Assembly: GCA_964106645.2 (NCBI GenBank)
Contig: CAXKZF020000068.1
Length of the DNA stretch: 55,178 nt
Reading direction: 5' to 3' (one strand)
Source of the DNA: Podarcis pityusensis
Taxonomy: Eukaryota
Shown here: piece by piece, positions 43,568-53,908 of the stretch
Position numbering within the stretch: position 1 is the first letter of the stretch
Layout of the letters: every line of letters starts with the position of its first letter
Position numbers and translations under genes: made by a program
The notes under the pieces: model-generated
The model's input: the letters and a program-made list of their open reading frames with translations, nothing else
The model's database searches: none
What the model was told of the DNA's origin: nothing

Positions 43568-43845
43568 TGGCGGACGGAAAGCTTTGTGTCACAGCTGAGG
43601 AAGTCGAGGAGTGGGCGAAACCTGCGTTGGATGTTTTCGGTCCTGTCGCACCACACCTGTGGATCATTGATCTATCAACCGGCGCTACGCGAGTAATTCG
43701 GTCCGCAGATTACGAGGACCTTCCGGCTGGGTGGGCGTTGCTGATGACGGGACCTGAGCCGCTTTGGGTTGCGCAATGGGATGGCGATTGGCAGCGCGCT
43801 TGCGATGAACAACTCAACCCGTTACTGGCGGAGGTGGTGGTCTGA
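43564..43845 (+). CDS. Hypothetical protein (copy)
   Basis: Identical repeat copy. Confidence 0.6.
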   Translation: MMADGKLCVTAEEVEEWAKPALDVFGPVAPHLWIIDLSTGATRVIRSADYEDLPAGWALLMTGPEPLWVAQWDGDWQRACDEQLNPLLAEVVV

Positions 43846-44282
43846 TGCCTGTTATTTCTGATCGGTTGACTGATGGTGCGAAGTTGGGTGTTGGTGCGGA
43901 GATTGTGTTCACGGTCCGCGACATCCGCGACAGTGTGGCGCATGATGCGATCCTCGGCCCCGCACGCACCACCGTCCCCGTGAATGCGACGACCGGGCTG
44001 TTCACTAGTCCGATGTTGGATCCTGGCCCGTACTGGGTGGGGATCCGTTGGTCGAGATCCAATCCAACGCATGATGTTTACCCCGTTGAAGTCCCCGCTG
44101 AGTCGGGGACTTTCCGTTTGTGGCCGTTGATCGACGCCGGCGCCCCGCCACCTCCCGCCGAGTCGGATGGATTCATCCGCAACGGCGGCGGCATCTCCCG
44201 CCAAGTCCGAACCACTGTCGCCGAATTCGCGGCGACCCCCTCACCAGACCCCGAAACCCTCTACATAGTTTTCGAATCCTAG
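43845..44282 (+). CDS. Minor tail protein (copy)
   Basis: Identical repeat copy. Confidence 0.6.
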   Translation: MPVISDRLTDGAKLGVGAEIVFTVRDIRDSVAHDAILGPARTTVPVNATTGLFTSPMLDPGPYWVGIRWSRSNPTHDVYPVEVPAESGTFRLWPLIDAGAPPPPAESDGFIRNGGGISRQVRTTVAEFAATPSPDPETLYIVFES

Positions 44283-44291
44283 GAGACCGAC

Positions 44292-44729
44292 ATGGCAGCA
44301 TCAGGCAAGCTCTACGGCCTCGCCTTCAAAAGCATGGTGAACGGCGAGATCAACTGGACCTCGCACACCATCAAGGCGATGCTCTGCACGAGCGCGTACA
44401 CCCCGAATCAGGACACCCACCAGTACAAGTCGTCCGTGACAAACGAGTCCGCGGGCACTGGCTACACCGCTGGTGGTGTGGCGTTGGCGGGTAAGACGGT
44501 TAACTACACCGCAGGAACCAACACTCTGATTCTGGATGCGTCGGATACGCAGTGGCCCGACTCGACAGTCACGGGCCGTTATTTGGTGCTGTACGACGAC
44601 ACGCCGTCTACGGATGCGACGAAGCCCCTCATCGGGTACATCGATTTCGGCGCTGACGTGTCCACTACGGCAGGTGTTTTCACCAGTGTGTGGGATGCCG
44701 CCGGAATCATCGGCTTCACCACCCCGTAA
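44292..44729 (+). CDS. Minor tail protein (copy)
   Basis: Identical repeat copy. Confidence 0.7.
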   Translation: MAASGKLYGLAFKSMVNGEINWTSHTIKAMLCTSAYTPNQDTHQYKSSVTNESAGTGYTAGGVALAGKTVNYTAGTNTLILDASDTQWPDSTVTGRYLVLYDDTPSTDATKPLIGYIDFGADVSTTAGVFTSVWDAAGIIGFTTP

Positions 44730-44744
44730 GCAGGAGGCGTCACG

Positions 44745-45866
44745 ATGGGCTTGTTCAACCGCGGCCAAGCCGCATCGGCGCTGATCTTGGATGGCAAGCG
44801 AGCTGTCCGTGCGTATCTCGGTGATCAACTGGTGTGGGACGGCACGATGGATGCCTTCGTGCCGATTCCTCAAATTCTGGTGTCGGTCGTGATGGCAGAC
44901 CCGGTTGTGTCGGCTACTGTTCGCACCGTAGCACCGCTCATCACTGCCTCGGCTCAGGTTTACGAACCGTCCGTCTCCGGAACGGCAACTGTCCGACCCG
45001 AAACAGCAATACTCGTAGCTGGTGTTGTCTATGCGCCCGATGTCTCGGCCGAGGCGTTGATCGAGGTACCTGCGATTTCGGTGTCAGCGATCGTGCTGGC
45101 ACCCACTGTGTCCGAGGCGTTCGATGCGACAGTCGAAGTGCCGTTCATCCAGGTGACTGCTGGCATGTACTCGCCTAAGATCACCGCGGACTACGCGGCT
45201 ACCGTTCCGATCATCGCGGCGTTCGCAGAGTTGTTGGCTCCGTTGGTGACCGCAACGGGAACAGCTGTGATCAATGCTCCGATGATCGCGGTAACTGGGT
45301 CAGTGAACGCGCCGGCAGTGATCGGTTCAAGTGCAGTGACAGCCCCTCTGATTGCGGTTTCAGCGACTGTGTACGCGCCCGAGATTCGGCGGGACGCGAA
45401 GGTCATCGCGCCGTCGATCACGGGCACAGCAACGGCTTACGTACCGAACGTTCAGGCGATCAACTTCAGCCCGTCTGGGATGACGAAGAACGGTAACTGG
45501 GTTCCGACGGCCAATGGGGCGTGGCTTGTCGTGCCCGCGTGGACAGCGGATTCCGGTTCGACAGTATCCGGCGATGGTGTTCAAGCTCGGGGCGCGAAGG
45601 CGAATGCTGTCGTGTCAGGGCAACTCAGCATTACTCTGTCGACCGGCGCTTACCAGGTGAGTGTGCGGCTGAAAGTAGATGGCGTAGTCGTGAAGACCAT
45701 CACGGACTACCCCCTGACCGGATACGCGACGACGAATGTTCCAATCGCATCCGATCCGATGGCAATCACCACCGGTCAAGTCGCGACGATCGAATGCTGG
45801 TTCACGAACTTCTCGAACTCGTTCCCGATCCAATCCGGAGCGAACACCTACGTCCGCATCACCTGA
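44745..45866 (+). CDS. Tail fibre-like protein (copy)
   Basis: Identical repeat copy. Confidence 0.65.
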   Translation: MGLFNRGQAASALILDGKRAVRAYLGDQLVWDGTMDAFVPIPQILVSVVMADPVVSATVRTVAPLITASAQVYEPSVSGTATVRPETAILVAGVVYAPDVSAEALIEVPAISVSAIVLAPTVSEAFDATVEVPFIQVTAGMYSPKITADYAATVPIIAAFAELLAPLVTATGTAVINAPMIAVTGSVNAPAVIGSSAVTAPLIAVSATVYAPEIRRDAKVIAPSITGTATAYVPNVQAINFSPSGMTKNGNWVPTANGAWLVVPAWTADSGSTVSGDGVQARGAKANAVVSGQLSITLSTGAYQVSVRLKVDGVVVKTITDYPLTGYATTNVPIASDPMAITTGQVATIECWFTNFSNSFPIQSGANTYVRIT

Positions 45867-46026
45867 CCGGGCTGAGACAATCAGGGTATGGCTTTCGAAC
45901 CTGACCCCGACACCGGCCAACCCGGCACCGTGAAACTCGCTGACGGACGCTGGGCGTACCGCTGGAAAGATGCACCGGACGCCGAACTGATCATCATGAA
46001 GCAACCGGAAACACCCGCAGAATGAC

Positions 46027-46063
46027 AAAAGCCCCCAACCTCATCGCGAGGTTGGGGGCTTTT
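46027..46063. terminator. Bidirectional terminator (copy)
   Basis: Identical repeat copy. Confidence 0.9.
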
Positions 46064-46078
46064 CGTCGTCTAACGATG

Positions 46079-46426
46079 TCAGCAGTCGACTAGGTCGGCT
46101 CGCTTCACTGAGGAGAAGAAGTCATCAGCCTCAGGCATGGAGTTTTCCCAGCCTGGGGTGTGGCCTCCGGTTTGATGGATGGCGGTCCGCGCTGCGGCGA
46201 TGGCGTCGTTGATCGCACCACCCTCGGTGTCGGCGTCGACATACATCGAGATGGTGAGTGTGCGCTCTCCGAAGTCGACACCGAGGTCGACGTCGCTCAC
46301 ACCGGTCAGTCCCTCGAAGGCATCCATCAATGGGTCGATGATGCTCTCAAGGTCGTTGTTGTCGCGTCGGACTCCGACTATCAGTTCGACGTAGTAGGTG
46401 GTGGTGCCTACTTCTGCTCGAAGCAT
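46079..46426 (-). CDS. HicB-like antitoxin (copy)
   Basis: Identical repeat copy. Confidence 0.55.
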   Translation of the reverse strand: MLRAEVGTTTYYVELIVGVRRDNNDLESIIDPLMDAFEGLTGVSDVDLGVDFGERTLTISMYVDADTEGGAINDAIAAARTAIHQTGGHTPGWENSMPEADDFFSSVKRADLVDC

Positions 46427-46623
46427 CCTGTCCTCCTCAGCTTTCCTTCTAGATTCTGTTGATACATAGGGTTCGATGGCGTCAGATGCACTGTGCTGAT
46501 ATGGAGCTTGCAAGGACAGTAGACCTTGTAGTACTTGGTCTTGACTACCCGCCAGCCTTGATTTTCGAGCTCTTTTAACAGTGCTTCCAGTTCCTTGATC
46601 GGATGACGGGGTCTAGTCGGCAT
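46408..46623 (-). CDS. HicA-like toxin (copy)
   Basis: Identical repeat copy. Confidence 0.65.
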   Translation of the reverse strand: MPTRPRHPIKELEALLKELENQGWRVVKTKYYKVYCPCKLHISTVHLTPSNPMYQQNLEGKLRRTGCFEQK

Positions 46624-47013
46624 CCGGGCAATATATCCCTTGTATCGGGTCGTGCACCCACTATGCGCTACTTGCCGCTACATTCCATCACTAAGTCGTC
46701 AAAATTACATTGCGTGTTACGTCACGATCAGGACACGATACGCGTTGCTGCCATGGTACGTCGAAGCCCACCTGTGCTGCCGAATGAGTCAGGTGGGCAT
46801 CGAACTATTCAGTTGTGGTGCGGCGATCACTGACGGCTTCCCTTCCGTCTCCTGCCAACAGTGCCGACGCTACCAGGTATCGAACAGATGTGCGAGGGAA
46901 AGTGTGTTGACCGCGTCAACATGACCATCCATAACCGCTGGTCAACTGGCTGCGTCAACAATCACGGAAGACGCAATAAATACTCCCTGACCTGCGCGTA
47001 TACCCTGTTTTCG

Positions 47014-47042
47014 CAGGGGTTCGAATCCCCTTAGCTCCACCA
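47014..47042 (+). other. attP: attP core (copy)
   Basis: Identical repeat copy. Confidence 0.9.
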
Positions 47043-47162
47043 TATCGATGCAGGTCAGAGACCTGCAAGGTGAAAAAAATGTTGACGGTCAACACGCCAC
47101 GTCAACACCTGTCACACAACGACGATACGATGACCTCCCTAACCGGGAGGTTTTTTCGTTTC

Positions 47163-48266
47163 ATGGCATCCATTCGACCACGAACCACCAAAGCGGGCAC
47201 GCCCTACTACCAGGTTCTGTACCGGCACAACGGCACGCAATCCTCGGACAGCTTCGACGATCCGAAGGAAGCCACCAAGTACAAGAAGCTGTTGGAGCAG
47301 ATCGGACCCGATGCAGCGCAAGAGCTGATGTTCGGCGCGGAAGCATTACCCGAAGAGATCCCCGCCCTGACGGTGACAGAGTGGTGCACCGAGTACATCG
47401 ACCATCTGACTGGCGTCGAGGAAGCAACGAAGAACAAGTACCGCTCGTACCTCCGCCGCGACATTGATCCGATTCTTGGTTTTCTGCCGCTATCTGTGGT
47501 GAACGAGAAGGCGATCTCGAAGTGGGTCCAGGCGCAGGAGGGATCCTCGAAGACCATCGCCAACAAGCATGGGTTCTTGTCGGGTGCGTTCAACGGTGCT
47601 GTGCGAGCGAATCACATTGAAGTGAACCCGTGTGACGGTCGGAGGTTGCCGGCGCGGCACAAGGAAGATGAGCCGGTGTTCTTGACTCCAACTGAGTTCG
47701 TTCGAGTGCGGGATGTTGTGGTCGAGCAATGGCGTCCGTTGACGGTGTTTCTGGTGTCGACGGGGATGCGGTTCTCGGAGGCGACTGCGTTTCAGGTGGG
47801 CGATCTGAATGTGGAGGAGAAGACGGGACGGATTGTGCGGGCCTGGAAGTACACGGGCGAGGCGAAGCGGAAACTTGGGCCGCCGAAGTCCCGGAAATCT
47901 GTGCGGACGATCAACCTGTCAGATCAGGCGATCGAGGCGTGCGGCGATCTAAAGGGGCGCGCACCGGATGAGTTCGTGTTCACAAATCGTCTCGGGCGCC
48001 CGGTCACTGCTCAACTTTTTCACAACAAGGCGTGGCGGCCGATGATAGCGGAGCTGTCCGACAGATTAGGGAAGAAGCCGCGGCCACATGATCTTCGGCA
48101 TTCGTGCGCAAGTTGGATGATCGCGGCCGGGGTGCCGCTGCCTGTCATTCAGCAGCACCTCGGCCACGAGTCGATCACGACGACGATCAACATTTACGGG
48201 CATCTGGATCGCCGTGCCGCGCAAGCAGCATCGGCAGCCCTCACAGCAGCACTCGAAGGGCTCTGA
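47163..48266 (+). CDS. int: Tyrosine integrase (copy)
   Basis: Identical repeat copy. Confidence 0.96.
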   Translation: MASIRPRTTKAGTPYYQVLYRHNGTQSSDSFDDPKEATKYKKLLEQIGPDAAQELMFGAEALPEEIPALTVTEWCTEYIDHLTGVEEATKNKYRSYLRRDIDPILGFLPLSVVNEKAISKWVQAQEGSSKTIANKHGFLSGAFNGAVRANHIEVNPCDGRRLPARHKEDEPVFLTPTEFVRVRDVVVEQWRPLTVFLVSTGMRFSEATAFQVGDLNVEEKTGRIVRAWKYTGEAKRKLGPPKSRKSVRTINLSDQAIEACGDLKGRAPDEFVFTNRLGRPVTAQLFHNKAWRPMIAELSDRLGKKPRPHDLRHSCASWMIAAGVPLPVIQQHLGHESITTTINIYGHLDRRAAQAASAALTAALEGL

Positions 48267-48269
48267 CCT

Positions 48270-48929
48270 TTATCGTGGCAGCTCGCTTTTGTATTGCGGG
48301 CAGAAGGCGGAGACTGCCGCGCCAACGAGTTGTCCTGCATTCTCAGGCGTCCAACTGTCAGGGCCGTTGAAGTAGGTCATCAGCGAAATGTCCATGAACT
48401 CTTCGCCTTTCCTGAAGCTGGCGCAGGCTGTTCGTCCGGCTTCGAGTGCCGTTGAATCTGGGGTGTCAGGGAATCCGATGAGTGTCAGTGTCCCCAGGAA
48501 TAGGAACTCGGGGTCGTCGGCCGGGTTGTAGTTGGTCGTTGCAGCAGCATGTGAGGTCGTCGTGACTGGTGGTGCGGCTGCGACGGTTGTTCGCACTGTT
48601 GTAGTCGTCGGCCTGACCGTTGTCGTGGTGGTCGGTGCCGCTTCGGATGTGGTGGTTTCTGCGGCGACTGTTTCGGCATCGTCTTTGCGGTTGGCAAGAG
48701 CGTTGACGCCGAAGTATGCGGCGATGAGCACTGCGACTACGCCTGCGCCGATGAGTGCTCGTTTGCGATCTTTGGCGAGCTTCTCGGGGTCAATGGGCTC
48801 GGGTGGCGCGGGTGGTGGTGTCGGTTGAGGCAGGGGCTGTGTGGCACTAGTCCACTGTTGGCCGTCCCAGTAGCGGAACTGCTGGTTGCCTTCTGGGTCG
48901 GGATGCCAGCCGGGGCCAGGTGTGGTCAT
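48270..48929 (-). CDS. DUF2510/DUF732 membrane protein (copy)
   Basis: Identical repeat copy. Confidence 0.8.
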   Translation of the reverse strand: MTTPGPGWHPDPEGNQQFRYWDGQQWTSATQPLPQPTPPPAPPEPIDPEKLAKDRKRALIGAGVVAVLIAAYFGVNALANRKDDAETVAAETTTSEAAPTTTTTVRPTTTTVRTTVAAAPPVTTTSHAAATTNYNPADDPEFLFLGTLTLIGFPDTPDSTALEAGRTACASFRKGEEFMDISLMTYFNGPDSWTPENAGQLVGAAVSAFCPQYKSELPR

Positions 48930-48954
48930 TGTCGTGCCTTTCAGGTGGGGGCGC

Positions 48955-49386
48955 TTAGTTTGAGCGTCGGTCCAGTTCGGAATTAATGTAAGCCCGCTCG
49001 TGCGGGGTCAGCGTTCGGACCCGCACGAGAAGCGTGTGCAGGTCTGTCCAGAGTTCCCAGGCGCATTCGTCGTCGGGCTGTCCTCGCGTCCAAACGAGTG
49101 CATTGACGAGAGAGTCGAGAGGGATCAGTAGCCGTGCTGCGAGTTCGTCGACCAGTTTCTCTTCGCGGGCCTCGTAGCGTGGATCTGTGGAGGGGAGTCC
49201 GCGCTCGAGATGGATCAACTCGTGAGTGAGGACTGATCGTCGTGCGGCTTGTGTGAGGGTGCGGCAGATGCATATGTCGGTGCCGTCTGTGTAGCCCGCT
49301 ACGCCCTCGGGGAGTTCGCGGGTGCAGTCGATCACGGTGTCGGCGTGTTTGTTTCGCGCTGTCCGCCAAGGGTGGTATCGGGTCAT
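48955..49386 (-). CDS. ImmA/IrrE metallopeptidase (copy)
   Basis: Identical repeat copy. Confidence 0.88.
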   Translation of the reverse strand: MTRYHPWRTARNKHADTVIDCTRELPEGVAGYTDGTDICICRTLTQAARRSVLTHELIHLERGLPSTDPRYEAREEKLVDELAARLLIPLDSLVNALVWTRGQPDDECAWELWTDLHTLLVRVRTLTPHERAYINSELDRRSN

Positions 49387-49427
49387 GCGCGGACTGTAGA
49401 CAGTGATACCGACAACTTAGAACACGA

Positions 49428-49895
49428 CTAGTCGGATCTGGTTTCCTTGTTTCTCCTGGACGCCGCGATTGGCGGCGAAGCGGTAATCGGACGGACAACC
49501 CTGAGCGGTTGATTCTGGGAAGTCTCGTCCTCAGGCTTGACACCGATCTTGCTGGCGGCCATGACTCGGATGATCTCGTCTAGGGCGTCGCGTTCTCGTT
49601 GGTCGAGAAGGTCGGCTTCGGAGGGTGGGGTGTAGGGCTTCGCAACTTCGCGGGTCTGGCCGATCCAGCGGGATAGTTCGCGTACGTCGATGCGGAGGGC
49701 GTCGGCGATCTTAGCGACTGTGGCTGGTTTTGGTTTGGCGTTGCCGGCGCGGATGTTGGTGATGGTAGATGTGCCGATTCCGAGGTGTTCGGCTAGTGCG
49801 CGGTGCGAGGGGGATTCGCCGTCACGCTTGTCCACGAAGCCAGCTTTGACGAGCGCTGCGTCCCACAGATCGTCTGTGGTGGGTCCGGGGTTCAT
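49428..49895 (-). CDS. Immunity repressor (copy)
   Basis: Identical repeat copy. Confidence 0.88.
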   Translation of the reverse strand: MNPGPTTDDLWDAALVKAGFVDKRDGESPSHRALAEHLGIGTSTITNIRAGNAKPKPATVAKIADALRIDVRELSRWIGQTREVAKPYTPPSEADLLDQRERDALDEIIRVMAASKIGVKPEDETSQNQPLRVVRPITASPPIAASRRNKETRSD

Positions 49896-50097
49896 GTCTA
49901 CAAACGTTCCTCACGGCGGCAGTGTTCGAATAGTCAGAGTGTAGACGCGCTGTCTACAAATTCCATCACTGTGATCTGCATTGCTTGAGGTATGGGTCGA
50001 AAATCGCCAATTCAGGTGTAGACAAAAGTGTCTACACCGTCTACTGTCTTGTGGGACGGTAGACAGAGCGTCTACAGTGAAACGGAAAGGCAAAGCC

Positions 50098-50376
50098 ATG
50101 AAAAACAAGCAATCTGAATGGAGGCTCGACGTGATCGTGAACGCCGACCTGTTGGTCGAATACATGGAGTACAACGACATGTCCGTCCGAGAACTGGCAT
50201 CGAGGGTGAAGTGCTCCCACTCCACCATCGGCCACTACCGAACTGGCAAGCGAAAGCACTGCCCGCAGAACCGGGCGAAGCTGATCGCCAAGGAGCTTCG
50301 AGCCCCCAGGAAGGCCCTTTTTATGCCTGAACCGTTGCGTGTCACGCGTGACAAACGACAATTGGTTTCGGCATGA
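50098..50376 (+). CDS. cro: Cro-like protein (copy)
   Basis: Identical repeat copy. Confidence 0.8.
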   Translation: MKNKQSEWRLDVIVNADLLVEYMEYNDMSVRELASRVKCSHSTIGHYRTGKRKHCPQNRAKLIAKELRAPRKALFMPEPLRVTRDKRQLVSA

Positions 50377-50444
50377 AGGCACGAAAAAGCCCGCCCTCTT
50401 GCAGGAGGACGGGCGAGGCAATCACCAATCGGAAGGAAAAGCGA

Positions 50445-50636
50445 ATGCACGTAAAGGATATCACTCCTGAGTTGCAGGAAGCAGTGGACAGATTTGATGA
50501 CGTGTTCGACTTTCACTACCCGCATCTGCGGGTTCCGGGGACCGTCGGCGTAACGCACGAAGGCTGCACGGTTGAGGCCCTCGACGCTGCGACTGACTTG
50601 TTCATCGACTCACTGCCTGTGTCGGTGATCCTATGA
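50445..50636 (+). CDS. Hypothetical protein (copy)
   Basis: Identical repeat copy. Confidence 0.6.
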   Translation: MHVKDITPELQEAVDRFDDVFDFHYPHLRVPGTVGVTHEGCTVEALDAATDLFIDSLPVSVIL

Positions 50637-51553
50637 CCACTCTGACTGGATTCCAGCTTCCCGAACCTCTCGCTCCTGGCACCGCGGAGTGGTGGACGAA
50701 GTACTCGGCGTCGAAGGTCGCAGCGATCTGTGGTTTGTCGAAGTGGGACACCGAACGATCGATCTACGACGGCATCACAGGCGTAGTGCCGCCGCAGCCG
50801 CAGACCGATGTGCAGGGCCGCGGGCATGAGTTCGAGCCGCTGATTCGTGGTTGGTTCTCGAACATGCATCTCGATTGGACGATCGAGGAAACGTCGACAT
50901 GGCAGCACAGTCTTCGTGATTGGCAGACAGCGGATCCGGACGGGATTGTCACGTTGCCTGACGGCACGGTCGAACTGTTGGAGATCAAGACAGCCGACGA
51001 CATTCACTCGTGGGGTGATGAGGTTCCGATCGGTTATCTGGTGCAGGTGATGTGGCAGATGGATGTGATCGGTGCTCGCCGTACGCATCTCGCGGCGTGC
51101 GGTCCGTTCGAACTGTTCCATCGTCGCCCGAAGGTGTTTGTCATCGACTACGACGCTCGGGATGCGGCGGTGCTGCGGGAGCGGGTGTTGAAGTTCCAGG
51201 CGCGTGTTGAGGCTGGCGATCAGCCGGCGGCGGATCATTCGCGTGATTGTGATCGGTTGTCGGTTCGGTATGCGAATACATCGATTGCTGATGATCCGGG
51301 TGTGGATGTTCCGGCGGAGATCGCGGTTCCGTATTTGGAGGCGTTTGCGGCGGAAGCTGCTGTGGCGCTGGAGAAGAAGCGGACCGGGTCGGTGCTCCTC
51401 GAATACTTGGGTTCGTCGAAGAAGGCGACGTTCAACGGTCACACGATCGCGTCGCGTGTCAATAGCAAGGGTGCGCCGTCTATCCGCGCCACGTCTGGCC
51501 TCGCGGAGAAGGCTCCCGAAATCTTGAAGCCACGAAAGGCAGAAGCAGCATGA
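50633..51553 (+). CDS. YqaJ/RecE-like exonuclease (copy)
   Basis: Identical repeat copy. Confidence 0.9.
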   Translation: MTTLTGFQLPEPLAPGTAEWWTKYSASKVAAICGLSKWDTERSIYDGITGVVPPQPQTDVQGRGHEFEPLIRGWFSNMHLDWTIEETSTWQHSLRDWQTADPDGIVTLPDGTVELLEIKTADDIHSWGDEVPIGYLVQVMWQMDVIGARRTHLAACGPFELFHRRPKVFVIDYDARDAAVLRERVLKFQARVEAGDQPAADHSRDCDRLSVRYANTSIADDPGVDVPAEIAVPYLEAFAAEAAVALEKKRTGSVLLEYLGSSKKATFNGHTIASRVNSKGAPSIRATSGLAEKAPEILKPRKAEAA

Positions 51554-51762
51554 CTGAGTACCTGATCGCAACGTCCGGGTGTGATGACACAACACGCGCC
51601 TTCGTCATCCTGACCGACGCCGAAGCGGAAACCGTGAAGACGATCGCTTCGGCGATCAACGTTCGCGCCGGAGGCTGCAAGCCCTCCCTATCCATCAGCC
51701 TGTGGGCTGATGCCAGCGCCTATGAACGTGAAGAAGCCACCGAACCGATCGACGAGGACTGA
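51550..51762 (+). CDS. Hypothetical protein (copy)
   Basis: Identical repeat copy. Confidence 0.65.
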   Translation: MTEYLIATSGCDDTTRAFVILTDAEAETVKTIASAINVRAGGCKPSLSISLWADASAYEREEATEPIDED

Positions 51763-52682
51763 TGACGATGACCGAGATCGCAGTACACACAGGATCCGCA
51801 CTAGCGGTTTCGCCCGAACAGGACTTCTGGACCCCGAAGCAGGAATCGGCGCTCGCTCAGATCGGCGTCGAGAAAGCATCGAAAGCTGACTTGGCCGTGT
51901 TCTTTCACCAGTGCCAGCGCACCGGCTTGGATCCGTTTGCGCGCCAGATCTACATGATCGAACGCAAGGGGAAGCAGACCATCCAGACCGGGATCGACGG
52001 GTTTCGTCTGATCGCTCGACGCGCTACCGACGCCGCTCGTGGCACGTTCGGCTACGAGGACACCCTGTGGTGCGGAGAAGACGGCAAGTGGACCGACGTC
52101 TGGTTGCAGCGTGAGCAGCCCCGCGCCGCGAAGGTCACCGTGATTCGTGACGGTGCACGCTATCCCGCAATCGCGCTCTGGAACGAGTACGTGGGAACCA
52201 AGTTCAACGGCGATGTGACGCAGATGTGGGCCACGAAGGGCGCACTGATGTTGGCGAAATGCGCTGAGGCGTTGGCATTGCGTAAGGCATTCCCGCAGGA
52301 CTTGTCCGGTCTGTACACCTCGGATGAGATGCAGCAGGCGGACAACGGGCAGCAAGGCTCGACTCGTCAGCGCCCTCAGCAGTCGACGCAAGCACGCCCG
52401 CGGTCGATCACTGAAGCGTTGGGTGAACCGTCTGTGGACGTGGATTCTTTGCTTGCTGCGATTGAGGCTGCTGAGTCGAAGGATGTGTTGCGGGAGCTGT
52501 GGAAGCAGACTGCGACGTTGCCGGCGCAGGAGAAGGACGACATTCAGGCGTTGATCATGGGGCGCATTCAGGGGATGTCGGAGCCTGAGTCGGATGGCGC
52601 CTCGCTGCCTGAGCCTGAGCAGTTGCCGTTGGACGCTGAGCCTGTTGACGCGGAGACGGTGGAAGAGCAGGTGGCGTCATGA
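51762..52682 (+). CDS. RecT/Bet-like annealase (copy)
   Basis: Identical repeat copy. Confidence 0.92.
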   Translation: MTMTEIAVHTGSALAVSPEQDFWTPKQESALAQIGVEKASKADLAVFFHQCQRTGLDPFARQIYMIERKGKQTIQTGIDGFRLIARRATDAARGTFGYEDTLWCGEDGKWTDVWLQREQPRAAKVTVIRDGARYPAIALWNEYVGTKFNGDVTQMWATKGALMLAKCAEALALRKAFPQDLSGLYTSDEMQQADNGQQGSTRQRPQQSTQARPRSITEALGEPSVDVDSLLAAIEAAESKDVLRELWKQTATLPAQEKDDIQALIMGRIQGMSEPESDGASLPEPEQLPLDAEPVDAETVEEQVAS

Positions 52683-52839
52683 GCCTCTACTTCCGCGATA
52701 CGTGCACGTGCAGTGGTCCGGTGCCGGGATGGAACCAGCACGAAGCCTGGTGCGGCACTCGTGAGGACCGTGGTGGCCCGTACAACCGCTGGACACATCC
52801 GGACGCGAACCTCCCCACCGAAACCCCCAAGGACGCAGC

Positions 52840-53082
52840 ATGACCTGGACGCGAATCGACTGCGCTCGAAGCGACGAAGTGTATGAGGCGATCGAGAACC
52901 GTGCTCCGCTCGCGGGACGCTCCGACATGGGCGGTGAGTTCGGCGAACCTCGCATCGAAACCATCTGGGGCAACAGGGAAACCGAAGTTGAAGTCCTCAA
53001 GAACGTGCGCCACCCGCGCTACGAATGGGACTCCCAAGCCGGAGACCGCGAACCCTGCGAACACTACGAATGGACAAACTGA
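52840..53082 (+). CDS. Hypothetical protein (copy)
   Basis: Identical repeat copy. Confidence 0.6.
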   Translation: MTWTRIDCARSDEVYEAIENRAPLAGRSDMGGEFGEPRIETIWGNRETEVEVLKNVRHPRYEWDSQAGDREPCEHYEWTN

Positions 53083-53408
53083 TGACCACTGCTGGTGAGC
53101 AGCTCAGGTTGGACGGGCAAGACGCAGCCCTCGCAGCCGCAACAGTCGGACACCACGACCACCCCAACCACATCGAAACCGCCCTCACCGAACTCATCCG
53201 ATCCGGCCGCGAATTCTCCGCCGACCACGTCCGCGACGCAGTCCCACCCGAAACCCGCGACTGGCTCCGCGCAGGCAATGGAAACGTCCTCTCATCCATC
53301 ATCGGCAATGCGTCACGCCGCGGCCACATCGCCCAAACCGGATGGTGCCAACCCGCACGAAAAGAACGCCACTCCAACCCGAACCGAGTATGGAAAGGCG
53401 CCGCATGA
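53082..53408 (+). CDS. Hypothetical protein (copy)
   Basis: Identical repeat copy. Confidence 0.6.
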   Translation: MTTAGEQLRLDGQDAALAAATVGHHDHPNHIETALTELIRSGREFSADHVRDAVPPETRDWLRAGNGNVLSSIIGNASRRGHIAQTGWCQPARKERHSNPNRVWKGAA

Positions 53409-53614
53409 TCCGCGAAGCCTCACTCCGAGTGCCCATCACCCACCCCAACATCGGCACCTACAGCGCCCTCAGCGAAGTCACCATCGTCCACAAAGACGAA
53501 CACGGCTACACCATCTGCCTCGACAACGGACACCCCCGCGGCGGCCTCTGCCACCTCGCCGTCGTCCAACGCAACCAGCTGTACATCCCACACGAGAAAC
53601 GAGAAGCAGCATGA
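53405..53614 (+). CDS. Hypothetical protein (copy)
   Basis: Identical repeat copy. Confidence 0.55.
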   Translation: MIREASLRVPITHPNIGTYSALSEVTIVHKDEHGYTICLDNGHPRGGLCHLAVVQRNQLYIPHEKREAA

Positions 53615-53895
53615 CGACCACCGAACAACGCCGGCACATACCACCCGACGAAGTGTTCACCATCGACGAGGCCGCGCTACGGCTCAGGTGCAGCCCCACC
53701 TACTACCGCGAGCAACTGCGATCGCAGAAGTGGCCCGGCAGGAAGATCGCCAACAAGTGGCGCGTCACTGAAGCGGACATCAAAGAAACCTTGGAGATCG
53801 TGTACTCGAATCCGATCTTCCGCCCGCGACCGGATCCGGTGTCAGCCCGCCCTGGCACTCGCCGACGCTACGAACGACACAACCGCCGCAAGTAA
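53611..53895 (+). CDS. Excisionase-like HTH (copy)
   Basis: Identical repeat copy. Confidence 0.75.
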   Translation: MTTTEQRRHIPPDEVFTIDEAALRLRCSPTYYREQLRSQKWPGRKIANKWRVTEADIKETLEIVYSNPIFRPRPDPVSARPGTRRRYERHNRRK

Positions 53896-53908
53896 GGACA
53901 GCCCTACC